A stretch of DNA of 64,000 nucleotides, taken from the NCBI GenBank assembly GCA_016699105.1, contig CP064960.1, forward strand, positions 200,727 through 264,726, given 5' to 3'. Shown piece by piece: positions 10,139-20,076 of the stretch (the first letter of the stretch is position 1; the number at the start of each line of letters is the position of its first letter). The notes below the pieces were generated by a model, which did not search any database, had not been told where the DNA came from, and was given only the letters and a program-made list of their open reading frames with translations. The translations under genes and the position numbers were made by a program. This stretch comes from a bacterium (GTDB lineage Bacteria; Patescibacteriota; Saccharimonadia; UBA4664).

Positions 10139-11562
10139 CAGAGCCAGACAGCAGCCTGGCAGCCACATCGTTTCGAGATCCAGCCGGCAGAGTCATCCGA
10201 AAAAATGGTAAGGTATTTCGCCAAGTATTCCCGGCAGGTAGTCGTGATTACGAAGCTGCACGCGATAGTGGGCTATTTACTGAGCTCATCAAACGAGGTT
10301 GGCTAATACCGCATCGCGAATTGCCGGTGGCCGAACTGAACGGTTGGCCAGGTGGGGCCGCTTATATTCTGGAACCAGAGCAGCTTGACTGGGTATCGTA
10401 CCCGTACGAGTGGGCGTTTTCGGCGTATAAAGAGGCGGCTCTGCTGACTCTTGATGCCCAACAACTCGCTTTGGAAAAAGGGTTTATTCTCAAAGACGCC
10501 AGTGCTTACAATGTGCAGTTTTGGCAAGGTCGGCCGGTGTTAATTGATACATTATCGTTTGAGCCGTATGCCGGTAACCGTGCTTGGCAGGCGTATGGCC
10601 AGTTTTGCCGTCATTTTCTCGCACCTCTAGCGCTCATGACTAAAGTTGATATCCGCCTCAGTTGCCTGATGCGCGATTTCATTGATGGGCTGCCTCTCGA
10701 TTTGGCTGCAGCCACCCTGCCGACTCGTAGTAAAATTCGGCCGGGTTTGATGTTGCATTTGTCGATCCATAGTTCATCGCAGCGCAGGTACGCCAATAAG
10801 CCGGTCAAACAAGTAATTCGTCGGGACGAAGCCGGGCAAAAGCTGGCTAGGCAGTCATTATTAGGCTTGACTGACAGTTTACGCCGGACAGTGAAAGGTT
10901 TGCGGTTGCCTAGAGGGGCAGCCACCGAATGGGGTAAATATTATAGCTTCACGAACTATTCCGATGCGGCGGCGGCCCACAAAGCTGAACTCGTACGCGA
11001 ATATACTCAGTTAGTTAAGCCAGTTGAGATCTGGGATTTGGGTGGCAATGACGGCCGCTTTAGCCGGGAAGCCTTGGCTGCCGGCGCCCAGCGCGCTTTG
11101 TGTTTTGACATCGACCCGTTGGCTGTAGAAAAGAATTACCGTTACGGTCGTGAGCAAGCCGAAACTGCGCTCACGCCGCTTTTACTCGATGCTACCAACC
11201 CTTCACCGGGAATCGGCTGGGCAAATGCTGAACGTCCCGGATTAAACGAACGGGCAGGCGATGGAAAGGGACGAATGTTATTGGCACTGGCCGTCATTCA
11301 CCACTTGGCAATTTCTAATAACTTACCATTTGGCCACATAGCCAAATGGCTGGCCGGATTAGGCGAGCACCTAGTGATAGAATTTGTGCCCAAAGACGAC
11401 TCGAAGGTGCAGACCCTTTTGGCTACTCGCAAAGATATATTCGACCAATACGATCAATCAGTGTTTGAGCAAACGTTTCGACAGTATTTCACTATTTTGC
11501 AGCAGACCAGCGTTCGTGAAAGTGGTCGCCAAATGTATCTCATGCAGCGAAAGCGCCCGTAG
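10135..11562 (+). CDS. Two-domain protein: an uncharacterised N-terminal domain of about 280 aa plus a C-terminal class I SAM-dependent methyltransferase.
   Basis: Methyltransferase motif I EIWDLGGNDG, post-I FDID, motif II DATN and motif III LALAVIHHL. The N-terminal domain (FRDPAGRV…YPYEW…) is not recognised. Confidence 0.6.
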   Translation: MTEPDSSLAATSFRDPAGRVIRKNGKVFRQVFPAGSRDYEAARDSGLFTELIKRGWLIPHRELPVAELNGWPGGAAYILEPEQLDWVSYPYEWAFSAYKEAALLTLDAQQLALEKGFILKDASAYNVQFWQGRPVLIDTLSFEPYAGNRAWQAYGQFCRHFLAPLALMTKVDIRLSCLMRDFIDGLPLDLAAATLPTRSKIRPGLMLHLSIHSSSQRRYANKPVKQVIRRDEAGQKLARQSLLGLTDSLRRTVKGLRLPRGAATEWGKYYSFTNYSDAAAAHKAELVREYTQLVKPVEIWDLGGNDGRFSREALAAGAQRALCFDIDPLAVEKNYRYGREQAETALTPLLLDATNPSPGIGWANAERPGLNERAGDGKGRMLLALAVIHHLAISNNLPFGHIAKWLAGLGEHLVIEFVPKDDSKVQTLLATRKDIFDQYDQSVFEQTFRQYFTILQQTSVRESGRQMYLMQRKRP

Positions 11563-11564
11563 AC

Positions 11565-12071
11565 GTGGAGTGGTTGTCCGAACAATATATGCGCCTGGCC
11601 CTTGATCTCGCCGAAGCCAGCCGCCGGTGGGACGAATTTCCGTTTGGAGCAGTTCTGGTACGGGCGAACGTAATCTCAGCGGCCGAAAACTTCGAAAAAC
11701 GCCGTGCTGATGTGACCGCCCATGCCGAAATGGTAGCTATTAGTTCCGCTTGCCAGCAACTAGGTCGGCGCGATCTTAGTGATTGTGTACTCTATTCTTC
11801 AACTGAACCATGCCCCATGTGCGCCGCTGCTATTTTTCAATCAAATATTCCGCGCGTGGCCTTTGGCTTATACCGCGAAGATTTGCCTCATCTATTTCGC
11901 CGGCGCAAAATCCGCATCGCCCAGTTGGCCGAGGATTGGGACTATCGACCTGAACTTATTGGTGGCCTCATGCGGGAACAAGCATTAGTAGCATTCGAGG
12001 GATTGGAGCGGCCGTGGCGCGTCAATGGTGAGCACCATTCAGGAACGCACACCAAAGCACCAGGAACTTAA
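11565..12071 (+). CDS. tadA: CMP/dCMP-type zinc deaminase, TadA-like tRNA adenosine deaminase.
   Basis: HAEMVAI (H-A-E) and PCPMCAAAI (PCxxC) zinc-binding motifs. About 160 aa. Confidence 0.7.
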   Translation: MEWLSEQYMRLALDLAEASRRWDEFPFGAVLVRANVISAAENFEKRRADVTAHAEMVAISSACQQLGRRDLSDCVLYSSTEPCPMCAAAIFQSNIPRVAFGLYREDLPHLFRRRKIRIAQLAEDWDYRPELIGGLMREQALVAFEGLERPWRVNGEHHSGTHTKAPGT

Positions 12072-12813
12072 GGTTTCAGAGCTACCACAGCCGCAAATCG
12101 GCCTTCGGGCAGATGATCTTGCTGAGACCTAACGTGAGAAAAGTAATGAGGGTCTGTTCTGGTATTTAAACCCTGGTCTTCTATTTGTGACACCGGGACA
12201 CCTGATTCTATTAATTGATCTTTATTGAATGCCGCCACGTCTACAGCTATGCGGCCATCGGGCTGGAGAGATAAATATGGTTGCCATTCAGAACTGACGA
12301 GCGAGTTTATAATTTCTGCAGGAAATAGATATGATTCTGGCCTGATCGTAGGACCAAAGGCTACCCAAATATCACGCGGCTGAGTACCAAACTGATCGGA
12401 CAGCTGTTTGACCACGTGGCTGGCTAGATTGAGATTGGTGCTGTTGCGAGCAGCGTGTAGCAAAGCAATGACATGATTGGTCGGGTCATACATGATAATC
12501 GGTAGACAATCGGCAATACAGAGGAACAAACCGATACCTGGCTCGAGGTAATGAAGGCGTTGGCTCGAATACCAGTTTCGGCCCCATGCATGCCTACTCC
12601 TTTGTCGGCTGGAGTTATTACATGAATATCTGCTTCCAGACCGCGCTGTTGGATCGAATGATCGAGCGAAAGGCCCAACTTGCCCAACAATCGCTGGCGA
12701 TTGGCATGAACCTCAGTTTGCAATCCGAAACGGTAATCCATATTGCCATCAGAAACTTGCGAGAAACCGTGGCTCAAGCGTGAGAATTGGAGCAGTGAAG
12801 TCGCTTGAATCAT
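12068..12813 (-). CDS. pgeF: PgeF/YfiH-family protein (Cu-oxidase_4 / DUF152; purine nucleoside phosphorylase / peptidoglycan editing factor), read across a frame break.
   Basis: ORFs 12424-12813 and 12068-12529 are collinear with YfiH (…ITPADKGVGMHGAETG…ADCLPIIMYDP…HAARNS…). They overlap in different frames near 12424-12529. Confidence 0.6.
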
Positions 12814-12831
12814 ATTTTTGGCTGCAACCCT

Positions 12832-13041
12832 TTAGACCTGCACAATTTTTAATGGGGGTGGCTGCAATGACTCAAACGTTGCCAAAAGTCGGCGGAATCC
12901 CGGATCAGTCAGTTGATCGTAGGAAGGAGCACTGAGACGGACAATTTTACGTGGTCCTGATTCGGCGGGCAGGGCGAATTTCATATAGCCTTGTGCCGGG
13001 ATGTAGAGATGACAGCTAAAGTTGAGAGAGGGCATGCTCAC
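12832..13041 (-). CDS. Hypothetical 69-aa protein between lexA and pgeF.
   Basis: ORF only. Same strand as the flanking genes. No recognisable motif. Confidence 0.3.
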   Translation of the reverse strand: MSMPSLNFSCHLYIPAQGYMKFALPAESGPRKIVRLSAPSYDQLTDPGFRRLLATFESLQPPPLKIVQV

Positions 13042-13052
13042 GGAGATTCATC

Positions 13053-13676
13053 CTAATACTTACGAATAAGTCCGATGACAATGCCTTGAATTTCAATCGA
13101 ATCACCATCAGGTACGATGATGGGTTCCATGGCGGCATTAGAAGGCTGCAGTCTAATATGACCGGCTTCTCGGTAATAGCGCTTGAGCGTGGCTTCGCCG
13201 CCGTTGAGAAGCGCGATGACCATTTCGCCATTACTGGGAACGGACTTTTCAGTGACCACGACGTAGTCGCCCGTGTGAATGCCTTCGTCGATCATCGAGT
13301 CGCCTTTGACCTGCAAGACGTAGGAGTTTTTCCGACCAACCATAAACGGTGGGACTTCCAGGGTTTCGGGGTGGGTACCAAGCGTTTCTATGGGTTGCCC
13401 GGCAGCCACGAGCCCGAGAATGGGCAGGGCAACGACTTCATTAAACTGACCAGCGTCACGCGGTTTAACGAGTTGGATTGAACGAGCTTCATTGTCGCTC
13501 TTGCGCAAAACACCTTTAGCTACTAACGACTCGATGTGCTCAGCGACTGTAGCGACCGATCCGTAGCTAAAGTGAGCTCCAATTTCACGGTAGCTCGGCG
13601 CGTAACCATGCAACTCGATGAATTGAGTGACGAAATCTAGGATTTGTTTCTGACGTTTAGTTAGTGGTGCTAACAT
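13053..13676 (-). CDS. lexA: LexA repressor.
   Basis: N-terminal winged HTH (MLAPLTKRQKQILDFV…YAPSYREIG) and a C-terminal S24 peptidase with the Ala-Gly cleavage site (VAAGQP), Ser (GDSM) and Lys (ATLKRY). Start chosen at the Met with an upstream GGAGGG RBS; the ORF extends to 13733. Confidence 0.9.
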   Translation of the reverse strand: MLAPLTKRQKQILDFVTQFIELHGYAPSYREIGAHFSYGSVATVAEHIESLVAKGVLRKSDNEARSIQLVKPRDAGQFNEVVALPILGLVAAGQPIETLGTHPETLEVPPFMVGRKNSYVLQVKGDSMIDEGIHTGDYVVVTEKSVPSNGEMVIALLNGGEATLKRYYREAGHIRLQPSNAAMEPIIVPDGDSIEIQGIVIGLIRKY

Positions 13677-13704
13677 AGTACCCTCCTCGGTGATGTATGG
13701 TTTT

Positions 13705-13733
13705 AGTATGGCGAACAAAGGCCGTAGTGTCAA
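13705..13733 (-). promoter_or_regulatory. Putative sigma-70-type promoter of lexA.
   Basis: On the minus strand: TTGACA, then a 17-nt spacer, then CATACT. A GTTCG half-site overlaps the -10 but no clean SOS-box palindrome is present. Confidence 0.35.
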
Positions 13734-15583
13734 GTGGAAAACGTAAGCTTAATTGAGCTCGTTAACGATCTTGAAGTCGAGGCTTGAGCGATAATTTGTA
13801 TAAAAGGCATCGGTTTTGGTGACTTTGCCATCGAGATCGAGGACATCACGGTAAAAACAGTGCGCGAAGCTTTGGTCGCATCATTGGAGCCAGTGATAAA
13901 TTGTGGCCCCCGGATAGTACCGGACTTGGTCTTTGTGCCAAAGAATTCGAATTTGAGACTGTATCCGCTCATAGTCGTTTGCATGAGCAAGTAATGGCCG
14001 GTGTCGTTGACGAATTTGAAGTCGACATCTGGGTAATAAATCGTGGCATCGACTCCCGGAGCAGCGTAGGGCCAGGTGTAGTAGCTGATGGCAAATGAAT
14101 GATTAACGCGCTCAGTGATGGGTAAGCCAGCGGCGAGAGCCGCCCGGAAAGCCGTCGATGATACCTGGCACAAGCCACCACCGTATTGCTTGACCTCTTT
14201 GGTACCGATAATGACTAACTCGGGTACGTACCCAGTAGTGGGTCCAACTTCACCAAGTAACGCTCCGAAGGAAAATGTCTCACCTGGTTTGAGTAGAATT
14301 CCATTGAAGCGCTTAGCGCCAGCTCGCACATTGGTAAGACGGGTGCTGGGTGAACCAGGAAAGAAGGTGTCGCCAGTTGATATGAGTTCTTTAATACCCA
14401 AGCTTTCGAGATTAGTTTCATTGACGTCGGCGGCAATGGTTTCGAGCTTGAGAGATACCCGGCGCTCACCGGTCGTTTGTAATACTTTTGTGATATCGAC
14501 GACGGCAGTTGACCGATCGAGTTTGACGCCGTTGCGCGATGGTTGGTTGATAATGAGTTTGCCGTCTTGCATGGTCAATCCAGCATTACGAGCCGATTGA
14601 TCGATTGAATCGGCCAGCGTTGCCACATACCGTTGGATAGCTGTCGGGCTGAGACCGAGATTGGCTGATGAGTCGACTGGATAGAGATCTTCGATGCGGC
14701 GTGAAAACCAAAATTCCCGCGGGGCTGGAGTGGCAGTATTCACCCAAGAAATGATGGTTGACTGGTCGATCGTCCGAGTCTGGCTACCATACTCGAGGGT
14801 GACCGGCGAGGCTATGAGGTTGTTGATAGAGCCCATAGCAGCTTCGAGGGCCTCAGTCGTCAGCACGGGGTTAATTGTGTACACCGGCGCTGGGATGGGG
14901 TCGAGTGAGGTGGTTGTCAGTCGGTCGCGGATTATGAGAGACAATTGACCGATATCGAGGCGACGGCCGGCCTGGGCGGCAGTGGCTTGGGCTTTGTTGT
15001 TTTGAAATGTCAGGCTGGCGTTTTGCGCAGGCGTGGATAGGTCATCGTAGAGTGAGGTCAGATACGGGACAAGTTGTTTGTCCTTCGTTTTGAGAGTGGT
15101 AATGGCAGTTTCGCGGAAGGCCATTAAGCGTGCCAAGGCATAGGCTCGTTGGCTTACACTGCCGTCACGGCCATATTGGTAAGCCAGACGGGCGGCAGCT
15201 GGTGCATCATACTCTGGGGCCAAGTTGACCACCGGAATGCGCAACAAGGTGTTGTCTTGCGTCACCGTGAGCGCTTGGCTACGAAAGGCTTGTGCGTGTT
15301 CGGCGAGCCGGGTTTCGGCTTGAGCAGCAGTCAGGCCACCCAAACTGACGCCATCAGCCACAACTCCGGGATAGATAGTGGAATGGTGCGACAGAATAAA
15401 ACTGGCAGGATACATAATAGCGACAAGCACAGCGACACCGGCAATGGGCAGCCACCAACGACGTGATGTTTGATTGGTGACAACGACCGGTTCTGGCTCA
15501 GGCTCAATGGCAGGCTCAACCACCGGTTGGGATGGCCGGGTGGCGGTAGGAGCGGTAATGTCGAGACGTTTACGCTTAGCCAT
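13730..15583 (-). CDS. VanW family protein, membrane-anchored.
   Basis: 617 aa. N-terminal TM. C-terminal VanW domain (…GETFSFGALLGEVGPTTGYVPELVIIGTKEVKQYGGGLCQVSSTAFRAAL…). Confidence 0.8.
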   Translation of the reverse strand: MAKRKRLDITAPTATRPSQPVVEPAIEPEPEPVVVTNQTSRRWWLPIAGVAVLVAIMYPASFILSHHSTIYPGVVADGVSLGGLTAAQAETRLAEHAQAFRSQALTVTQDNTLLRIPVVNLAPEYDAPAAARLAYQYGRDGSVSQRAYALARLMAFRETAITTLKTKDKQLVPYLTSLYDDLSTPAQNASLTFQNNKAQATAAQAGRRLDIGQLSLIIRDRLTTTSLDPIPAPVYTINPVLTTEALEAAMGSINNLIASPVTLEYGSQTRTIDQSTIISWVNTATPAPREFWFSRRIEDLYPVDSSANLGLSPTAIQRYVATLADSIDQSARNAGLTMQDGKLIINQPSRNGVKLDRSTAVVDITKVLQTTGERRVSLKLETIAADVNETNLESLGIKELISTGDTFFPGSPSTRLTNVRAGAKRFNGILLKPGETFSFGALLGEVGPTTGYVPELVIIGTKEVKQYGGGLCQVSSTAFRAALAAGLPITERVNHSFAISYYTWPYAAPGVDATIYYPDVDFKFVNDTGHYLLMQTTMSGYSLKFEFFGTKTKSGTIRGPQFITGSNDATKASRTVFTVMSSISMAKSPKPMPFIQIIAQASTSRSLTSSIKLTFST

Positions 15584-15635
15584 AGTCTACCTATTATGCC
15601 ACAAACGTCAGCGTGATGGCCAAACAAACGGCGAA

Positions 15636-15677
15636 CCGGCCCGCTCACACCCCCAATTGGAGGATAGAGCGGGCCGG
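15636..15677 (-). terminator. GC-rich hairpin downstream of the PP2C gene; candidate intrinsic terminator.
   Basis: Perfect 11-bp stem CCGGCCCGCTC / GAGCGGGCCGG with a 20-nt loop. On the minus strand it is followed by TTCGCCGTTTGTTTGG. Confidence 0.4.
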
Positions 15678-15685
15678 AAGTGAAT

Positions 15686-16658
15686 CTAGAACGTGAGGCC
15701 AATGGCCGTAGCCTCACGATAACGCGGGTTGACCAGTTCCAGGTCTTGGAGTTTAGTAGGCACGACGCCGGTCTGTGGCCGGAAACCGTCAGTATAGATA
15801 ATGCCATGACTACCCCTCGGCGGACGCGGAATGGTGTTTGTCCGAATGAACTCTGGCGGTGTATCACCAATGGCATCGATGACACCATAGGCTTTATCTC
15901 CGGGAAATTTTCGGCGCAACTCGTCGACGATCTGATCAGCCCACATTTGCGATACGCCAGTATTCGGAGGCAGTATCGCCCAAATGACATTTAGGACTTG
16001 CTCCCAGCGAGTCTGAGCCGGTCCCGGTGGTAGATTCTGGAACAAATCTCTGCCCATTGGTCGGAGAGTCGGCATGAGCAATTCATAGACTTTCTGACGT
16101 TTATAACCCGTTTGTAGGCTGACGGCGTCGAAGAGGAAGTTATTAGCCGATTCCGTGGTAAAGGTATCACCGACGAATTTGCCATCGACCACAACTCTGC
16201 AGTCGCCGACAACTGTGTAAGTCAGATGAGTGTCAGTTACCAGAACTGCTCCCAGACAAGTACTCAACATGCCACTTCGGTGCGTTGGATCGAGGTGGAT
16301 TCCCAGGCTGCGGCTCGTATTAGCGAGCGCTACACTACCGGCTTTGACGAGTTCGGCACCAGCCAAAGTCGGATCGGCAACAATAACCGATGTCATCTCA
16401 TGGGCGGCGATGGCGCTGCCGTCAAACCACGAATCTAAGGGAATTCCCCGAGCCCTGGGCTGTCGCCGGATGTTGACAGAATTCGCCAGGTCCATTGAGG
16501 ATGCGGGCGGCATCGACGACAGCATAGGTAGTGGTGTTACCTACTGTGGCTACCACCGCGTCGTCTTGGCGGTGTCCAACAGCATGCGAATTGTGCTTGT
16601 AGTGTAGTGATCTCGGGCAGTAGTACCAAGAACCCGGTACTAAGACATGGTATTCCAT
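15686..16658 (-). CDS. PP2C-family Ser/Thr protein phosphatase, read across a frame break.
   Basis: Pieces 16422-16718 and 15686-16525 in different frames. Motifs …YAVVDG|SAIAAHEMTSVIV…, GMLSTCLGAVLV and YTVVGDCRVVVDGKF (GDSR-like). Start at MEYHVL with an AAGGTGGA RBS. Confidence 0.6.
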
Positions 16659-16693
16659 GCGATCCACCTTACGTAGAATTGAGGGTCTAGTGA

Positions 16694-17563
16694 TTACGAT
16701 GCAGCCAACAACAGCCACAGGCTGCCGACAATACCAAAAACACCGATCAGTTTGCGCGTCGTCAATTTGGCACCGAGCAGCCAGACGGAGGCCACGGTGA
16801 TAGCACCGATTGAGGCCGCATTGGCCGCATTGACGTAGCCTACATTGGGGGCAGCGACGAGCGCAGCGTAGTTGAAGTAGTTGAAAGACACATTAGCTAC
16901 GCCAATCAAACTAAGATCTTTGAGGTGTGGCTGGAGGTGTCCGAGCCGAACTCGTTTGTGCACGAGTTCAACAGCCGTACAAACCGTACCCACACCGAAG
17001 AAATACACCAAGATCGTGATGGTGGGGAGGCCGTCCTGGGACAAATACTTAGCCATGAGCGTAATCAGGGCAGTCAGCACCATGGCAACGAGCGCAAACG
17101 CTATCCACGATTTGCGGGTGTTTTGCTGCTTAGTAGCAGTGGGATCTACGCTCAGCAGTGTCATGAAGCCAACGATCAGCAAAATACTGATGATGGCGCC
17201 GAAGCTGAGATGGGCTCCGAATAACGGTACCGCCACGAGAGTAGTTAGAACAACATAGCTCTTGGCGATGGACAAGCTATAGCCGGGATTGGGTGTGCGT
17301 TCGAGACTCTTAAGTGTAGCTAGATTATTCACGTACACAATCATACCGGTGGGCACGAGCAATCCGAGTTGGCGCCAACTGACCTGTAGTGAAATGTCGG
17401 CAACGAGAGCAAAAATCACAAACACCACCAGTGGTGAGGCGAAAATCGTGAGATTCTTGAGGGCCAGCGACATCCCATGAGCCGTCGCTTTTTGAATACT
17501 AATGTAAAGCACAACTGACGATCCAAACATAATGGCCGTAAGCCACATCCAATGGGGAATCAT
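16694..17563 (-). CDS. EamA/DMT-family transporter.
   Basis: 289 aa, 10 predicted TM helices. Confidence 0.7.
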   Translation of the reverse strand: MIPHWMWLTAIMFGSSVVLYISIQKATAHGMSLALKNLTIFASPLVVFVIFALVADISLQVSWRQLGLLVPTGMIVYVNNLATLKSLERTPNPGYSLSIAKSYVVLTTLVAVPLFGAHLSFGAIISILLIVGFMTLLSVDPTATKQQNTRKSWIAFALVAMVLTALITLMAKYLSQDGLPTITILVYFFGVGTVCTAVELVHKRVRLGHLQPHLKDLSLIGVANVSFNYFNYAALVAAPNVGYVNAANAASIGAITVASVWLLGAKLTTRKLIGVFGIVGSLWLLLAAS

Positions 17564-17680
17564 GCGGTCAACTCCAATTGTCGAAAAACAAGCTCTGGAT
17601 ACCGAGCTAACGTAACCCTGCAGATAGCAAGATGTCTGCAGCTTAACTTAAATTTACGCTACCTGACAACCAGATGCGGT

Positions 17681-18723
17681 TTACGCTTGTTCGTTGAGTC
17701 GTTTGACGACGTCTTTGACCTTTTGACTGATGTCTTTGCGGGCGACGAGGATACCGTGCTCGGTGTTGACGACTACCACGTTGTCGAGTCCAATGACCGC
17801 GACGGGTTTGGACTCATCGTTGCGGACGAAGGAATTTTCGGTTTCGATGAGGTGTAAGTCTTCGCCCGAGACCACGTTACCGGCGTCGTCGGTGGGTCCC
17901 ACTTCATAGAGGTCACTAAATGAGCCAATGTCACGCCAGTCGAACGTAGCGGGAATGACCATGAGGTTATCCATTTTTTCACTGAGCGCGTAATCAATGG
18001 CGTCGTTTTCACATTCTAAGTAGGCAGCGTCGTAGGCAGATTGGTCGTCTTTGACGGCCGCTAGGCGCTGAAAGTCAGCTAGACGTTCAGGCGAAAACTT
18101 GGTCATAGCCTCCAGGAAGACGTCGACCGATCCAACCATGTAGCCGGAGTTCCAGAGATATTTGCCCGATTCGAAGAATTCTTTGGCAACAGTGCTTTCC
18201 GGTTTTTCTTTGAACTGCTCGACCGCAAAGGTAAAGGCTTCTTCATCGACAATATCGCCTTTTTCGATGTAGCCAAACAACGTCGAGGGATGGCTAGGCT
18301 CGACACCCACGAGGGTAAGCCGGCCATGTTTGCGGGATTGTTCACCAGCAATCTCAAACGCCCGGGCAAAGCCTTCGACATCGCGAATAAAGTGATCAGC
18401 CCAGGTGAAAGCTACCGGCTCGGAGGTATCTTGATCGCGGGCAATATGTTCGAGAGCGGTCACGAAGCAGCTAGCGGTGCCGCGGCGGCCGGGCTCGATG
18501 ATGAAACGCTGTTCCGGATATCTGGTAGTTGTTCTTTCATGTGGTGAGCATGGGATTTTTCGGTCACCACATAGATTTTGTCGGAGAGCATTTTAGCCCG
18601 ATCGTAGGCCACTTGGGCACCGGAACGCTCGCCTGTGAGCTTGAGGAGATGCTTGGGGTAGTTGCCGACAGACAGCGGCCACAGGCGCGTACCCGATCCA
18701 CCGGCAATAATCACGATAATCAT
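17681..18723 (-). CDS. manC: Mannose-1-phosphate guanylyltransferase (GDP-mannose pyrophosphorylase), read across a frame break.
   Basis: N-terminus MIIVIIAGGSGTRLWPLS in ORF 18460-18771. The remainder (…GYMVGSVDVF…) is in ORF 17681-18463. Break near 18465-18520. Confidence 0.75.
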
Positions 18724-18746
18724 GGGAAATATTATACCTTGTTTAT

Positions 18747-19947
18747 CTAATAACTGATAAGAACTTCGCACTCCGGCGCTGCAGCCGTAACAGTATAGAC
18801 GTGCGCTGCCGCCGGCAGAAAAGCGGAGTGACCGGATCCAACCGTCACGATGTGGTCATTGGACTCGACGGTGACAGCACCGGATTTGACAAAGACGTGC
18901 CGAAAACTGGTGACGTCGTCTTTGAATTGGGCGCCTTCAGTCTTGAGCGTCAACCGGTCGAGGCTATAAAAACGATTGTCCATCAGCCGTTCCAATCGAA
19001 ATGCCTGGGTATGAGTCAGCTCGTGCGGTTGTACTAGGTGTGACGTGGGATCATTGACCTCGGGCTGACGATTAATAAATTCAAAATATTCGTCTATCTG
19101 GATTGGTCTTATTGTGCCATCGGCAGACATTTTGCCTTTATCAAAATTACGAAAGGTTGAAATAGCATCGAGTGCTTCTGACTGTAATTCGTACAAGACA
19201 TTGCCGAGCGGGGCAGTAGCGGAATCTTCTTCCCAGGAATGGTGTAAGCCACCACTCGATAGATCGACGATATCGCCGGCTTTGGTGGCCACTGTATTCA
19301 CAAATTGCCACGGATCTCGATCGCGGAGTAACTGCTTGATGCTGTCTTGAGCCTCATAGTAATCGAGTGTACCGGCTTTGACCTGGTCGCCAAGGCGCGT
19401 CATGCCGGCAGCTACCGTTCTGACGGTGGCTTCATAGAGCTGCCAATCGGCGTCCGGTTTGACGCCGAGCGTAATCAGCCCCGGTTCAAAGTAATACCAG
19501 GATTCTGGCTTGGGTAACCATTTGGGGTGCTGGAGATCGGCTGAGATGTGAGCCTGAAATGAATTGCCAAGCGCCTGAGTGAACTTGAGGAGGAGATCAA
19601 GTTTGCCAGAATGAGTTTGGGAGCGGTCGCGGCCCAGAGTGGCCACGACATCGGTTTCCAGAAAACGGGATAGTGGAATCGCATGTGGCGGTGAAGGTGG
19701 GGATAGCGACTCCGGCGTTATCGGTGAGTTCACCTTTGAATAACGGATCGTCGGTTGAGGTGAGCAATGAGAGATTACTTCCGGAAAACAATTCATAGGA
19801 CTGACCGATCTTGAGATCACCCAGACCTTCGTGGTCGGACCAGCCTTTGGCAGCCACAATGTACGACCCGCCCCACGTCGGTTGTTTGATCAACTTCGGT
19901 ATGACGAGATAGGGACGCCGCAACTCATTGGTAGTTAGATGAGGCAT
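18747..19947 (-). CDS. manA: Mannose-6-phosphate isomerase, class I, read across a frame break.
   Basis: N-terminus …KQPTWGGSYIV… in ORF 19597-19947. The rest of the PMI-I fold is in ORF 18747-19859. Break near 19690. It forms a manA-manC operon. Confidence 0.7.
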
Positions 19948-19986
19948 TACTTCGAGAATTTTCCATTAAGGATTTGTCGCAATTTT

Positions 19987-20015
19987 ATTATAGCGTTTTA
20001 CTGCCAATAGTTGAA
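19987..20015 (-). promoter_or_regulatory. Putative sigma-70-type promoter of the manA-manC operon.
   Basis: On the minus strand: TTCAAC, a 17-nt spacer, then TATAAT, about 45 nt upstream of the manA ATG. Confidence 0.4.
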
Positions 20016-20041
20016 AATTTTGGTTATAAATGTATGGGTAT

Positions 20042-20076
20042 GGGACCCAACCGAGACAGTATCTCGATTGGGTCCC
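20042..20076. other. Strong inverted repeat (15-bp stem, 5-nt loop) upstream of the manA promoter.
   Basis: GGGACCCAACCGAGA cagta TCTCGATTGGGTCCC with one mismatch. No adjacent T-run on either strand. Confidence 0.5.
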
